A DNA stretch of 64,000 bases from Lepidodermella squamata (taxonomy: Eukaryota; Animalia; Gastrotricha). Made by a program: the position numbers and the translations under genes. The stretch's first letter is position 1. Every line of letters starts with the position of its first letter. The stretch covers positions 930,001 to 994,000 of the forward strand of contig JBLDXI010000007.1 of assembly GCA_047495785.1 (NCBI GenBank), given 5' to 3'. Below the pieces are notes generated by a model. It did not search any database and was not told the origin of the DNA. It saw only the letters and a list, made by a program, of their open reading frames with translations. Positions 63,114 through 64,000 of the stretch are shown piece by piece.

Positions 63114-63416
63114 TCACGAAGACTTCGCCTTATTTTTGCTGCCGAAAGTGCTGGCGTAAGAACTGCGCGAACCGCTCGACGGGCCGAAAATCAAGCGGCT
63201 ACGGCGTTGCACGGCGATTAGCGGAAATTCAGACATGATGTCGCTTTCGCTGAAGGCTGTTTCAGGCGCCTGTTCCTCGCCATTATCTTCAATCACCGCT
63301 GCATCGTCTGTTTGGCTGCCCCTCGATTCACCAAGACTATTCGCCAGCCAGAAAGCTTGAGTCGATACACAAAGACAACCGATAACCAAAGCGATAACTG
63401 CGAAATTGCTGATCAT
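63114..63416 (-). CDS. Small secreted prepropeptide (neuropeptide- or antimicrobial-peptide-like)
   Basis: Hydrophobic signal peptide, acidic spacer, dibasic RR, basic Ser/Gly-rich C-terminal peptide; AATAAA ~95 nt after the stop. Confidence 0.6.
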   Translation of the reverse strand: MISNFAVIALVIGCLCVSTQAFWLANSLGESRGSQTDDAAVIEDNGEEQAPETAFSESDIMSEFPLIAVQRRSRLIFGPSSGSRSSYASTFGSKNKAKSS

Positions 63417-64000
63417 TTTCGAGATATTTCTATGTTAGGTATAACCAGGATAAACAGAAGCAAATATTTAGAACGAATTTTTAGGAAAAACAAGAAGATT
63501 TGACGCGCCACTGGTGACTTTGAGTGTTATTTTGGTGCGATCATGTGGTGTTTACCGCCGCCTTCAATACCATTTAGCCTGATGATACGGCGGGATATTA
63601 TTTCTGCGCCGATGAGCCGCCTCGGCCATAATTGCGTTTTGCGCTGATGCGTAAAAAACACTCCTTCAGGGATTGATGCCCGCAAAATAATCAACGCCCC
63701 ACACTCGGGCGAGGACAGCCTCCATTGATTTTTTTTCGGCGTGCGTGTGGAGGATTGCGTGAACTTTAATTCGAAGTTTTTTATTCATAAAAAATTGTGA
63801 AGGCGGATTCGTATTTTATGATCCCATCAGAAAAATCTTGTTACCATAAAATTTTATAAAAACATTGTTTTATTTTGATTTCCTCTCGTTTTTAAAATTG
63901 GATTGTTTGTATGAGGCCAAAGCTAAAATCGAGCAGATGAGGAAAGGAGTAGGTAGAAAATGCTTGCTAATCACGGTAAATTACGCTAAAATACGAGCAA

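Overview
Compact, AT-rich metazoan DNA with short (mostly ~50-65 nt) GT-AG introns; the species cannot be named from sequence. (1) 1-30.2 kb: a head-to-tail minus-strand array of 12 paralogous five-exon genes with the architecture basic (NLS-like) N-terminus, F-box, an unassigned ~250-aa middle region and C-terminal ankyrin repeats. One copy is a pseudogene, one is 3'-damaged, and one runs off the window. The array also holds a 471-bp inverted duplication, a PIF/Harbinger-type MITE, decayed Crypton-like (DUF3504) fragments and a LINE RT remnant. It sits directly behind an intronless XK-family scramblase gene; short intergenic gaps and splice acceptors just upstream of the ATGs suggest operon-like, trans-spliced expression. 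(2) 34.5-39.1 kb: a divergent pair of SOCS-box paralogues, so the region is a cluster of cullin-RING E3 substrate adaptors. (3) 40.5-64 kb: secreted/surface genes (duplicated Sushi-mucin-GPI gene with tRNA-Leu/tRNA-iMet, a PAN/C-type lectin/kringle mosaic, two LamG-like+EGF paralogues around an LTR remnant, an intronless RNase T2, a Cys-loop channel with an extra N-terminal domain and mucin stalk, and a small prepropeptide). Exon boundaries were read by eye and are approximate.
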